From: Bacteroidales bacterium
GTDB lineage: Bacteria > Bacteroidota > Bacteroidia > Bacteroidales > JAGONC01
Length of the DNA stretch: 64,000 bases
Direction of reading: 5' to 3'
Assembly: GCA_028716265.1 (NCBI GenBank)
Contig: JAQUQD010000001.1
Span: 41,888-105,887, forward strand
Shown piece by piece: positions 38,684 to 47,158 of this stretch. Position numbers and translations under genes: made by a program. The first letter of the stretch is position 1. Every line of letters begins with the position of its first letter. Under the pieces are notes generated by a model that saw only the letters and a program-made list of their open reading frames with translations, made no database searches and was not told where the DNA came from.

Positions 38684-38709
38684 CCTGGATGTTCTCGTCT
38701 TGATACCTG

Positions 38710-38717
38710 CAAAGATA
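38710..38717 (-). promoter_or_regulatory. -7 box (TATCTTTG) for the T9SS cargo gene
   Basis: The minus strand reads TATCTTTG, 26 nt upstream of the ATG at 38683. Confidence 0.45.
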
Positions 38718-38827
38718 GATGTAATTGTAACGATATTTTCATTTGATTATTGAGTGGGTATACGGATCCCATTCGTCCCAGGCTGACATTATATCATGCG
38801 ATTATGAAGGTTATGGGTATTAATTCG

Positions 38828-38835
38828 TAATTTTG
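38828..38835 (+). promoter_or_regulatory. -7 box (TAATTTTG) for glyA and downstream genes
   Basis: Matches TAnnTTTG, 47 nt upstream of the ATG at 38883. Confidence 0.45.
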
Positions 38836-38882
38836 TTGCTTTAAGCAGATGAAGCAGGATATGTTGAATTAAGTAATGCATT

Positions 38883-40163
38883 ATGAAAAGAGACACAGCG
38901 GTATTTACCATCATTGAGAATGAAAAGCACCGGCAATCAAGCGGCATCGAGTTGATTGCATCGGAGAATTTTGTCAGCGACCAGGTGCTGGAAGCCATGG
39001 GATCGGTCATGACGAACAAGTATGCAGAGGGCTATCCCAGGGCAAGATACTACGGGGGATGCCAGCATGTGGATGAAACAGAGCAGCTTGCTATTGACCG
39101 GCTGAAAGAGCTGTTCGGTGCTGAATGGGTCAATGTGCAGCCGCATTCGGGTGCGCAGGCCAACATGGCCGTCTTTCTTGCCTGTCTGAATCCGGGGGAT
39201 ACGTTCATGGGGCTCGACCTGTCGCACGGCGGCCACCTGTCGCACGGCTCGCCGGTCAACTCATCCGGGATCCTGTACAGGCCTGTTGCCTATGAGGTGA
39301 ACCGGGAAACGGGAACGGTGGATTATGACCAGATGGAGGCTACTGCGCTCAGGGAGAGGCCAAAGCTGATCATGGCCGGAGCTTCTGCCTATTCCCGCGA
39401 CTGGGATTACAAGCGCATGCGTGGGATCGCTGACAGCATCGGAGCCATCCTGGTAGCCGACATCGCCCATCCGGCCGGCCTGATCGCCAAGAAATTGCTG
39501 AATGATCCACTGGAATACTGCCATATAGTTACTTCCACGACACACAAGACCCTTCGCGGACCGCGTGGAGGCATCATCATGATCGGAAAGGATTTCGACA
39601 ATCCGTGGGGAAAGACGACCAAGAAGGGCGAGATACGCAAGATGTCGTCGCTGCTGGATTCGGCCGTTTTTCCGGGCGTCCAGGGCGGACCGCTGGAGCA
39701 CGTGATCGCCTCCAAGGCAGTGGCCTTTGGAGAAGCCCTGACAGATGAGTTCAGAGAATACGCCGTTCAGGTGAGGAAAAATGCACTGGTCATGGCCAGG
39801 GCCTTTATGGATAAAGGATATCACGTGATCTCGGGAGGAACGGATAACCATTTGATGCTGATCGATCTGCGCACCAAGTTCCCGCAGGTGACCGGCCGTG
39901 CCGTGGAGAACACACTGGTGAGAGCCGACATTACGGTAAATAAGAACATGGTGCCATTTGACGACAGAACTCCCTTCCAGACTTCCGGGCTCCGGATCGG
40001 GACACCGGCAATCACTACCCGGGGCATGAAAGAAGAACATATGCCTGTCATCGTTGAATACATTGACGACATCATTTCGGATCTGGAGAATGAAGGTAAG
40101 CTCTTAACTATCAAAGAAAAGGTGAACCGGATGATGTCGGCATTCCCGTTGTTCGCCTATTGA
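38883..40163 (+). CDS. glyA: Serine hydroxymethyltransferase
   Basis: 426-aa ORF with IELIASENF and the PLP-lysine motif [15 protein letters not shown]. Confidence 0.95.
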   Translation: MKRDTAVFTIIENEKHRQSSGIELIASENFVSDQVLEAMGSVMTNKYAEGYPRARYYGGCQHVDETEQLAIDRLKELFGAEWVNVQPHSGAQANMAVFLACLNPGDTFMGLDLSHGGHLSHGSPVNSSGILYRPVAYEVNRETGTVDYDQMEATALRERPKLIMAGASAYSRDWDYKRMRGIADSIGAILVADIAHPAGLIAKKLLNDPLEYCHIVTSTTHKTLRGPRGGIIMIGKDFDNPWGKTTKKGEIRKMSSLLDSAVFPGVQGGPLEHVIASKAVAFGEALTDEFREYAVQVRKNALVMARAFMDKGYHVISGGTDNHLMLIDLRTKFPQVTGRAVENTLVRADITVNKNMVPFDDRTPFQTSGLRIGTPAITTRGMKEEHMPVIVEYIDDIISDLENEGKLLTIKEKVNRMMSAFPLFAY

Positions 40164-40172
40164 TCACTCACC

Positions 40173-40667
40173 ATGAAAACCTTCTACATCGTCCGCCATG
40201 CCAAATCTTCGTGGGATGATCCTGATCTTAGCGATGAAGAGCGCCCTTTGCTTGAAAAAGGCGTAAAGAAGACCTATAAGGTGATCGAATATCTGAATGG
40301 TCACCGCATCAGGCCCGACCTGATCCTTTCAAGTCCTGCGGTGAGGGCTTATGAAACAGCAAAGCTGATTGCAAAAGGTGTCCGGTATCCCGGGGAAAAG
40401 ATCGCCATCATGCCCGAGATCTATCATTTCGACAGTGCTCATATACTCCATGAACTTCGGGGCCTATCTGATGATATCCAGTCGGTCATGATCGTCGGAC
40501 ATAATCCCGGCGTCACCCAGCTGGCCGGTCACCTGCTGGGTAAAGAACTCGAATGGCTGCCGACATCAGCAATTGCAGGCATTGACATTCACACCGATCA
40601 GTGGGACAGGATCCTCGATTCAAACGTATCGACTCGTTTTATAATTCATCCGAGCATGCTGCCATGA
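40173..40667 (+). CDS. Histidine phosphatase family protein (SixA-like)
   Basis: 164-aa ORF with the catalytic RHAKS motif at residues 8-12 and a VGHNP motif. Its stop overlaps the ppk1 start (ATGA at 40664-40667). Confidence 0.75.
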   Translation: MKTFYIVRHAKSSWDDPDLSDEERPLLEKGVKKTYKVIEYLNGHRIRPDLILSSPAVRAYETAKLIAKGVRYPGEKIAIMPEIYHFDSAHILHELRGLSDDIQSVMIVGHNPGVTQLAGHLLGKELEWLPTSAIAGIDIHTDQWDRILDSNVSTRFIIHPSMLP

Positions 40668-42745
40668 CCGATCCATCCCCGGACATATTGATCAACAGGG
40701 AGATATCCTGGCTACATTTCAATGAACGCGTTTTGCAGGAGGCTATTGACAGTAGTACACCGCTGATCGAGCGAATTAAATTTTTAGGCATTTTTTCCAA
40801 TAACCGGGATGAGTTTTTCAGGGTAAGGGTGGGAACCCTGAGGCGTATGCTGAATATTACCGGCAATGAATTCAAGATCAACTTTGACCCTGCAAAAATT
40901 TTGCGTGAGATCGACAAGATCGTGAACGAGCAGGAGAAGATCTTTACCCGAGTATACAGTGAAATTGTCAGGGAACTGGCCGGGGAAGATATCTATCTGA
41001 TTGACGAGAACCAGCTTACAGAGGAACAGGGCCGGTTTGTCCACAGTTTTTTCAATCAGAACGTACGGCCCCTGCTGTTCCCGATCATGATCAATAATAT
41101 CAACGTCAGTACATCGCTGGTCGACAGTTCGCTGTATTTGCTGGTTGATATGAAGAGGAAGGATGATTCTCTGGAGGAGAATCAGGCTCTTATCCGGGTA
41201 CCCACCGATGCTGTGAACCGTTTCGTGATCCTGCCAAAAGAGGGGAAAAAAGAATTCATCATTTTACTGGATGATGTGTGCCGGTATTGCCTATCGGATA
41301 TTTTTTCTTTTTTTGGGTATGACACCTTTTATGCGTATACGATCAAGTTCACACGCGATGCGGAGCTGGATATTGACAACGACATTTCCAAGAGTTTTCT
41401 GGAGCTGTTGAGCGAGAGCGTGAAGCAGAGGAAGAAAGGGCTGCCTGTCCGTTTTGTTTATGAAGACAAGCTTCCGCAGAGGTTGTTGAAGAAGCTGATC
41501 AAAAAATTGAAGATCTCGGAGAAGGATAACCTGAGAAGTGGCGGAAGGTATCATAATTTCAAAGACTTCATGTCCTTTCCCCGCGTGGGCCCTACCCACC
41601 TTTATTATCCGCTCATGCCCCCGCTGCCACATGCGGATCTGCCGCTTAACTCGAGCATTTTCGAGATTCTGCGGAAAAAGGATATCATGCTGCATTTTCC
41701 TTACCAGTCGTTTCAATACATCATTGACCTGCTCCGGGAAGCTTCCATTGATCCCAAAGTGGTTGCCATCAAGATGACGTTTTACAGGGTGGCCAAAGAC
41801 TCCATCGTGATGAATGCCCTGATCAACGCTGCCCGTAACCACAAGACCGTTACCGTTTTCATGGAACTTCAGGCGCGTTTCGACGAAGAGGCCAATATTT
41901 ACTGGACCAACAGGCTGCAGGAGGAAGGAGTGCAGGTCATCCAGACCATCCCCGGTTTTAAGGTCCATGCCAAGCTGATCCTGATCAAGCGCCTGGAAGA
42001 GGGTAAAGAGATCGGCTATGCCAATATCTCCACGGGGAATTACAACGAATCGACTGCCAGGGTATATGCTGACGACAGCTTTCTTACGGCCAATCAGGAG
42101 ATCACCAGGGATGTGGATAACGTATTCAAACTGATGGACAGTCGTTTCAAACCCCCGGAGTTCAGGCATCTGATCGTATCTCCCTTTGATACCCGAAAGG
42201 AGTTCATCCGGCTGATCAACAATGAGATAAAAAACAAAAAGGCAGGTAAGGAAGCCTGGATACTGATCAAACTGAACAGCCTGGTCGATGATAAACTGAT
42301 CAACCGGTTATATGACGCCAGTCAGGCAGGAGTCGGGATCAAGATCATTGTCAGGGGAATATGCGTGCTGATACCCGGGCTGCCAGGCATCAGTGAGAAC
42401 ATCGAAGCGTTCAGCATTGTGGATAAGTTCCTGGAGCACTCCAGGATCTATATTTTCTGCAATGATGACAAGCCGTTGTATTATATCGCATCGTCCGACT
42501 GGATGCAGCGGAACCTGGATCACCGGATCGAGGTGGCATGTCCGATCGTTGACACCCATATTCAGGAAGAGCTAATGAACATGATCCAGATCCAGCTTAA
42601 AGACTACTGCAAGGCAAGGATCATCAGTGCCCGGCAACCCAACCGCTACCGAAGGGATACGACAAGGAAGAAGATCCGGGCGCAGTTTGAGATCTATGAA
42701 TATTTTGAACGTTTAGTCACCGACAAGGGTGGCAGTATCAATTGA
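40664..42745 (+). CDS. ppk1: Polyphosphate kinase 1
   Basis: The start is set at the ATG at 40664 (MTDPSPDILINREISWLHFNERVLQEA, the conserved PPK1 N-terminus). The two PLD-like C-domains carry FKVHAKLILI and FLEHSRIYIF. Confidence 0.92.
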   Translation: MTDPSPDILINREISWLHFNERVLQEAIDSSTPLIERIKFLGIFSNNRDEFFRVRVGTLRRMLNITGNEFKINFDPAKILREIDKIVNEQEKIFTRVYSEIVRELAGEDIYLIDENQLTEEQGRFVHSFFNQNVRPLLFPIMINNINVSTSLVDSSLYLLVDMKRKDDSLEENQALIRVPTDAVNRFVILPKEGKKEFIILLDDVCRYCLSDIFSFFGYDTFYAYTIKFTRDAELDIDNDISKSFLELLSESVKQRKKGLPVRFVYEDKLPQRLLKKLIKKLKISEKDNLRSGGRYHNFKDFMSFPRVGPTHLYYPLMPPLPHADLPLNSSIFEILRKKDIMLHFPYQSFQYIIDLLREASIDPKVVAIKMTFYRVAKDSIVMNALINAARNHKTVTVFMELQARFDEEANIYWTNRLQEEGVQVIQTIPGFKVHAKLILIKRLEEGKEIGYANISTGNYNESTARVYADDSFLTANQEITRDVDNVFKLMDSRFKPPEFRHLIVSPFDTRKEFIRLINNEIKNKKAGKEAWILIKLNSLVDDKLINRLYDASQAGVGIKIIVRGICVLIPGLPGISENIEAFSIVDKFLEHSRIYIFCNDDKPLYYIASSDWMQRNLDHRIEVACPIVDTHIQEELMNMIQIQLKDYCKARIISARQPNRYRRDTTRKKIRAQFEIYEYFERLVTDKGGSIN

Positions 42746-42749
42746 ATCA

Positions 42750-43922
42750 ATGATATCGTTCGAGGAAGCATATCAGCAGGTCATCCGGTCTGCCCGTGCG
42801 CCGGCATCCGAACACATTCAGCTCAGCGATGCCCTTCACCGCATATTGGCTGCACAGGTGGTATCTGATACGGATATGCCACCTTTTAACAAATCAGCGG
42901 TGGATGGTTATGCCTGCCGCCGCAACGATCTTGCCAAAGAGCTGGAGTGCATGGAAACCATACCGGCAGGGGTTGCGCCCAGGATAGACATTCAGCCCGG
43001 GCAATGTTCCAGGATCATGACCGGTTCGATCGTCCCGGAAGGCGCCGATATGGTCGTCATGGTGGAAGATACCGTTACCACCGGGGAAGGCAAGATCCGC
43101 TTTGTTAAGGAAAGGTCAGCAACTAATATCTGTTACTGTGCAGAGGATATCCGCAAGGGTGATGTCGTTCTTTTCCCGGGATCATTGATACGTCCGCAGG
43201 AGATCGCGGTGATGGCATCGGTCGGAACTATCCGTCCGGAAGTCTACCGGCAGCCCCGGGTGGGAGTGATCTCCACAGGTGATGAGCTGGTGGAGCCCGG
43301 GGTCACTCCCAAATGGTCACAGATCAGGAACAGCAATGCATCGCAGCTGCTTGCCCAGCTGGCTGCCATGGGCATCCGGGGAAGCTATTACGGTATTGCC
43401 AGGGATGAAATGGGTTCCCTAAGGGACCTGTTAGATGAGGCGATGCGGTCCTGCGACGTCACACTGGTCACCGGGGGTGTTTCGATGGGGGATTATGACT
43501 ACGTCGCCGGAGCGCTTGAACAGCTGAAGGTGAAGATCATTTTTCATTCCATAGCCGTTCAGCCGGGAAGGCCCACGGTGTTCGGGATGGGAGAGCGCAC
43601 GTATATTTTCGGATTGCCGGGTAATCCGTTGTCATCCTTCGTCATCTTTGAGCTGCTGGTCAAGCCGATGCTCTACAAGCTTATGGGACACGAACATCTG
43701 CCTATCCTGAACAGGTTACCGATGGGTATCGCTCACTCCCGGAAACGGTCGGACCGAAAGTCATTTATCCCTGTGATGGTGAGGGATGGAAAGGTCATCC
43801 CTGTGACCTATCACGGTTCAGCGCATATCCATTCGTATGTTCATGCCGATGGGATCATTGCCATGGAGGTGGGACAAACACGTTTAAATGAAGGGGAACT
43901 GGTCGATGTTCGACAGATATGA
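42750..43922 (+). CDS. moeA: Molybdopterin molybdotransferase MoeA
   Basis: The start is set at the ATG at 42750 (MISFEEAYQQV...), 4 nt after the ppk1 stop. Motifs include MPPFNKSAVDGYA, TTGGVSMGDYDYV and PGNPLSSFV. Confidence 0.88.
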   Translation: MISFEEAYQQVIRSARAPASEHIQLSDALHRILAAQVVSDTDMPPFNKSAVDGYACRRNDLAKELECMETIPAGVAPRIDIQPGQCSRIMTGSIVPEGADMVVMVEDTVTTGEGKIRFVKERSATNICYCAEDIRKGDVVLFPGSLIRPQEIAVMASVGTIRPEVYRQPRVGVISTGDELVEPGVTPKWSQIRNSNASQLLAQLAAMGIRGSYYGIARDEMGSLRDLLDEAMRSCDVTLVTGGVSMGDYDYVAGALEQLKVKIIFHSIAVQPGRPTVFGMGERTYIFGLPGNPLSSFVIFELLVKPMLYKLMGHEHLPILNRLPMGIAHSRKRSDRKSFIPVMVRDGKVIPVTYHGSAHIHSYVHADGIIAMEVGQTRLNEGELVDVRQI

Positions 43923-44706
43923 CAGAAAGATCGATTACCTGAGGGTATCGGTCACTGACCGGTGCAACCTCCGGTGTGTTTACTGCATGCCGGAAGAGGG
44001 AGTGGTTTCGTTAAGTCACACTGACATCCTTTCGTACGAAGAGATCCTGGAGGTAGTGAATGTAGCGGCATCACTGGGTGTCAATAAAGTACGGATCACG
44101 GGAGGCGAACCGCTTGTAAGGAAAGGTGTTGTCGGACTGATCCGGGAAATTTCAAAACTGGACTCCATCCGTGATCTTTCCATGACATCCAACGGCATCC
44201 TGATGGAAGAATACGCTGATCAGCTGAAGGAAGCCGGATTGCACAGGGTGAATATCAGCCTGGACACCCTGGATCCCGACCGGTATCGTCAGCTGACGCG
44301 CGGTGGTGACCTTGACCGGGTGTTAAGAGGCATTTCAGCAGCCCTGAACGCCGGACTCACCCCTGTGAAGATCAATTGTGTGACCGAACAATCGTCGGCC
44401 GAGCCTGATGCCCGGTCTCTCGTGGAATTTTGCCGCGAGCGGGGACTTCCGGTGAGGTTCATCCGGCGGATGAACCTGGCCACCGGTGATTTTGGTGTCG
44501 TCGAAGGTGGTGAGGGTGGCAAATGCAGCCAGTGCAACCGTCTACGCCTGACCGCCAATGGAAAGATCAAGCCCTGCCTGTTCAGCGACCTGGAATATGA
44601 CGTCAGGGAACTGGGGCCTGAAAAGGCACTGAAAATGGCTGTTTCATGGAAACCGGCTTCCGGTACAGTCAGCCTCTCTGGAAGATTTTATACGACGGGA
44701 GGATGA
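43906..44706 (+). CDS. moaA: GTP 3',8-cyclase MoaA (radical SAM), short form
   Basis: The start is taken at 43906 (MFDRYDRKIDYLRVSVTDRCNLRCVYC, the radical-SAM CxxxCxxC). The second cluster motif is CSQCNRLRLTANGKIKPC, and the protein ends in the double glycine TTGG. It overlaps the moeA 3' end by 17 nt. The alternative ATG at 43888 cannot be excluded. Confidence 0.85.
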   Translation: MFDRYDRKIDYLRVSVTDRCNLRCVYCMPEEGVVSLSHTDILSYEEILEVVNVAASLGVNKVRITGGEPLVRKGVVGLIREISKLDSIRDLSMTSNGILMEEYADQLKEAGLHRVNISLDTLDPDRYRQLTRGGDLDRVLRGISAALNAGLTPVKINCVTEQSSAEPDARSLVEFCRERGLPVRFIRRMNLATGDFGVVEGGEGGKCSQCNRLRLTANGKIKPCLFSDLEYDVRELGPEKALKMAVSWKPASGTVSLSGRFYTTGG

Positions 44707-44751
44707 GGATACGTTGATCTCTAAGTTTTGAACACCATAAAAAGCAAATTC

Positions 44752-45207
44752 ATGGAAAGCCTATCTCACACTGATGAAACTGGAAAAGCCATCATGGTAG
44801 ATGTTGGAGCTAAACCTGACCAGTTACGCACAGCACAGGCAGAGGGATTCATTCGCCTGCAGAAAGAAACGATCCGGCTGATCAGGGAAAACACACTGAA
44901 GAAAGGAGATGTGCTCACTCTCGCAGAGGTCGCGGGGATACAGGGGGCCAAAAGGACAAGCGAACTGATCCCGTTGTGTCATCCTTTGCAGATAACAAAG
45001 ATCAGCGTCCGGACCATTGTGGAGGGTGATGGAATAAAAGTGGAAAGTGAGGTGCGGTGCGTCGGCAAAACGGGTGTGGAAATGGAAGCGCTGACAGCCG
45101 TTCAGGTGGCCCTGCTCACGGTCTATGATATGTGTAAAGCCGTTGACAAGGAAATGGAGATCACGGGTGTCAGACTGGTTCAGAAAACCAAATCGGATAT
45201 AAGTTAA
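44752..45207 (+). CDS. moaC: Cyclic pyranopterin monophosphate synthase MoaC
   Basis: The ATG at 44752 gives [21 protein letters not shown]. The conserved LIPLCHPL and GVEMEALTA motifs are present. The ORF-track start at 44728 is a TTG. Confidence 0.9.
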   Translation: MESLSHTDETGKAIMVDVGAKPDQLRTAQAEGFIRLQKETIRLIRENTLKKGDVLTLAEVAGIQGAKRTSELIPLCHPLQITKISVRTIVEGDGIKVESEVRCVGKTGVEMEALTAVQVALLTVYDMCKAVDKEMEITGVRLVQKTKSDIS

Positions 45208-45232
45208 ATTATACTTATAATTGCGGACGGAC

Positions 45233-46174
45233 ATGGAGTCAGGAGATTCATTCAAGGTTGTTTCAGTCAATGTTTCGGAGAAGAAGGGAACCATCAAGGT
45301 GCCGGTCGAATCCATTCAGATCGGCTCCCTTGGCGTGGCAAAGGACGCCCATGCCGGTGACTGGCACAGGCAGGTCAGCCTTCTGGGGGAAGAAAGCATC
45401 CTTAAATTCAACAGGGTGCTGGGCCGTGAGATCCAGTTTGGTGAATTTGCCGAAAACATAACCACCAGGGGAAGGATCCTGTACGCAATGTCGCCCCTCG
45501 ACCGCCTGACGATCGGTGATGCGGAGCTTGAGATCACGCAGATCGGCAAAGAGTGTCATGGCAGCAGTTGTGCCATTTTTCAGGAGGTTGGCAGATGTGT
45601 CATGCCCAAAGAAGGGATTTTTGCGCGTGTGATCAGGGGAGGGGAGGTTAGGGCAGGGATGGACATTGAATACCTGCCGTATGTTTATCATGCCGGGGTA
45701 GTCACCCTGAGCGACAGGGCAAGCAGGGGGGAATATCCTGACCGCAGCGGGCCGGCCATCATCAAGTGCATGGAGGACTTCTTTCAGAGGACGAACAAAC
45801 CATTCCAGATCCATTATCAGGTGATCCCTGATGAGGCAGAATGCCTGAACCAGATCCTCGATCAGATGCTGGCACGTCGTGCGGATATATTGATTACGAC
45901 GGGTGGGACAGGCATCGGGCCGAGGGACATCACTCCGGATGTCATCAGGCCACGGCTGACTAGGGAAATACCGGGCATCATGGAGATGATGCGGGTGAAA
46001 TACGGAACCGAAAAACCCGGGGCTTTACTGTCGCGTGGCATTGCCGGGCTCATGGGCAATACGCTGGTGTTCACCCTGCCGGGAAGCGTTAAAGCGGTGC
46101 AGGAACATATGGAGGAAATACTGAAGACGTTGCAGCATGCCATCTGGATGCTGCACGGACTGGATATACACTAA
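45233..46174 (+). CDS. MOSC domain fused to MoaB/Mog-type MoCF biosynthesis domain
   Basis: The N-terminal half (VVSVNVSEKKGT...GVAKDAHAGDWHRQVSLL...GEFAENITTRG...ITQIGKECH) is MOSC-like. The C-terminal half (AGVVTLSDRASRGEYPDRSG...ILITTGGTGIGPRDITPD...LPGSVKAV) is MoaB/Mog-like. The ATG at 45233 is preferred over the TTG at 45221. Confidence 0.8.
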   Translation: MESGDSFKVVSVNVSEKKGTIKVPVESIQIGSLGVAKDAHAGDWHRQVSLLGEESILKFNRVLGREIQFGEFAENITTRGRILYAMSPLDRLTIGDAELEITQIGKECHGSSCAIFQEVGRCVMPKEGIFARVIRGGEVRAGMDIEYLPYVYHAGVVTLSDRASRGEYPDRSGPAIIKCMEDFFQRTNKPFQIHYQVIPDEAECLNQILDQMLARRADILITTGGTGIGPRDITPDVIRPRLTREIPGIMEMMRVKYGTEKPGALLSRGIAGLMGNTLVFTLPGSVKAVQEHMEEILKTLQHAIWMLHGLDIH

Positions 46175-46752
46175 TGGTTCAATCAAATGGGAATCGTATG
46201 AAACGTGATCAGGCGATCGAATTATTGCATTCGTATATTAAAAATGGGCGGATGCTTAACCATTGTTATGCCTCGGAGGCCGTCATGCGTGCCATGGCCG
46301 CCCACTTCGGACAGGATGAGGAAAAGTGGGGACTGGCCGGACTCCTGCATGATCTTGATGTGGAGCTGGTCAATGCTGACCCAACGATCCATGGACTAGA
46401 AACGGCCAGGATCCTGGCAGAGTATAGTGTTGATAATGAGATTGTTGAAGCCATCCGGATGCACAACGAGGAAGCAACCGGGCAGGAACGGACCACACAG
46501 TTCGAACATGCACTTGCTGCAGGAGAAACGGTAACGGGCCTGATCGTTGCCACGGCCCTTGTCTATCCCGACAGGAAGCTGACCAGCGTCAAACCACAGT
46601 CGGTCATCAAACGAATGAAGGAAAAAGCATTTGCTGCGTCGGTCCGCCGCGAAAGTATCATGGAGTGTGAGAAGGCGGGCATTCCACTGGAAGAGTTTGT
46701 GGGAATCGCCATCCTTGCCATGACAGGGATCAGCGAACAGCTTGGTCTTTAA
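46174..46752 (+). CDS. HD-domain metal-dependent phosphohydrolase (HDIG-like)
   Basis: 192-aa ORF with NHCYASEAVMRAMA and GLLHDLD (the HD dyad). Its start overlaps the upstream stop (TAATG at 46172-46176). Confidence 0.7.
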   Translation: MVQSNGNRMKRDQAIELLHSYIKNGRMLNHCYASEAVMRAMAAHFGQDEEKWGLAGLLHDLDVELVNADPTIHGLETARILAEYSVDNEIVEAIRMHNEEATGQERTTQFEHALAAGETVTGLIVATALVYPDRKLTSVKPQSVIKRMKEKAFAASVRRESIMECEKAGIPLEEFVGIAILAMTGISEQLGL

Positions 46753-46755
46753 CGT

Positions 46756-46785
46756 ACCCCACCCCCGTCGAGGGTATGTCAAAAT
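46756..46785 (+). repeat. Third copy of the 29/30-nt GC-hairpin + GTCAAAAT motif
   Basis: ACCCCACCCCCGTCGAGGGTATGTCAAAAT begins 4 nt after the HD-gene stop codon. Compare with the arms at 36392-36419 and 36541-36569. Confidence 0.75.
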
Positions 46786-46815
46786 ACAATTAATAAAATT
46801 TCAATTCCCGCACGT

Positions 46816-47148
46816 ATGTGGAAAAAGATCCTGAAAGTCCTTAAAAATAAATACTTCATTGTCAGTGCTGCATTCCTGGTTTGGCTGGTATTCTTTGACC
46901 AGAACAACATCATTTCACAGTTCAAACTGTCAGGGAAGCTCAAACAGCTGAAACAGCAGAAGGAATATTACGAGATGGAGATCCGCAACAATGAAAAAGC
47001 AACCCTTGAGCTGATGAACGATACGGATCAGCTTGAAAAGTATGCCCGTGAAAAGTATCTGATGAAAAAGGACAATGAAGACCTTTTCATCATCGAGGAG
47101 GAAATTGCTGATACTTCAGAGACGGTATCCCCCGATACGCTCCGGTGA
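46816..47148 (+). CDS. Septum formation initiator family protein (FtsB/DivIC-like)
   Basis: 110-aa ORF with a single N-terminal TM helix (YFIVSAAFLVWLVFF), a coiled coil, and EKYAREKYLMKKDNEDLFII, typical of this family. Confidence 0.75.
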   Translation: MWKKILKVLKNKYFIVSAAFLVWLVFFDQNNIISQFKLSGKLKQLKQQKEYYEMEIRNNEKATLELMNDTDQLEKYAREKYLMKKDNEDLFIIEEEIADTSETVSPDTLR

Positions 47149-47158
47149 TCTACCTGGG

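Noticed and set aside
38684-38882. Riboswitch (ZTP/pfl or THF type) upstream of glyA
   Set aside because: I could not find the conserved ZTP core (for example a CCGCCTGGGC-like 3' element) or any other recognisable riboswitch signature. The likely -7 box leaves only a roughly 47-nt leader.
39261-40040. 259-aa minus-strand ORF
   Set aside because: It lies entirely antisense within glyA, whose identity is unambiguous. It is Arg/Gly/Ser/His-rich, typical of antisense frames in roughly 50-60% GC coding DNA.
41291-42169. 292-aa minus-strand ORF
   Set aside because: It lies antisense within ppk1 and has no motifs.
42729-45232. ORF-track starts at 42729 (GTG), 43888, 44728 (TTG) and 45221 (TTG) for the Moco genes
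   Set aside because: Downstream ATGs at 42750, 43906, 44752 and 45233 give N-termini that match the conserved family starts and reduce overlaps. The upstream alternatives cannot be strictly excluded without experimental data.
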